The notes below the pieces were generated by a model, which did not search any database, was not told the origin of the DNA, and worked only from the letters and a program-made list of their open reading frames with translations. From positions 1 to 44,308 of IMG/VR virus record IMGVR_UViG_3300031902_000015: 44,308 nucleotides of DNA; one strand, 5' to 3'. Of this stretch, positions 44,239-44,308 are shown piece after piece. Source of the stretch: a virus. Taxonomy: Duplodnaviria; Caudoviricetes. Each line of letters begins with the position of its first letter. Positions within the stretch are counted from its first letter, which is position 1. The translations under genes and the position numbers were made by a program.

Positions 44239-44308
44239 AAGGAACTTCAGTCGTGACCACAGAAAAAAAAGATCCTGTCGATTTGGTGGAGGAGTCGGTC
44301 GGAACGTC

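Noticed and set aside
44253-44308. Start of a further plus-strand gene
   Set aside because: Truncated by the window edge; too short to assign

Overview
High-GC temperate lambdoid/siphovirus-like phage (or prophage) segment, probably from a proteobacterial host, truncated at both ends (no integrase or att site seen). Minus strand, read right to left: cro, cII-like gene, replication initiator with iterons, DUF6475-like partner, small genes, RuvC-like resolvase, terS, terL, a fibre/adaptor cluster, portal, a ~10 kb effector array, MuF, prohead protease, major capsid protein, connectors, tail tube, frameshifted tail chaperone, tape measure, GTA-like tail tip, tail fibre and lysis genes. Plus strand: cI and an early recombination operon. 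The standout is the portal-to-MuF region (16434-27353). There, 16 unrelated domains (6 ADP-ribosyltransferase-like, 3 ParB/Srx-like, zincin, JAB, GNAT, SAM-lyase-like, SH3-like, 2 unknown) each begin with a Lys plus a conserved peptide tag (14x K-GD(L/V)xGHxF(H/R)GNQ(W/Y/F); 2x K-EFNPDQSRDxxGRW). I infer protease-released, tagged virion cargo. Also notable: a MuF intein carrying an antisense-encoded endonuclease, a nested gene in a linker, and three AGUAGCG-loop hairpins in transcript leaders. All family assignments come from motif recognition by eye, not database searches.
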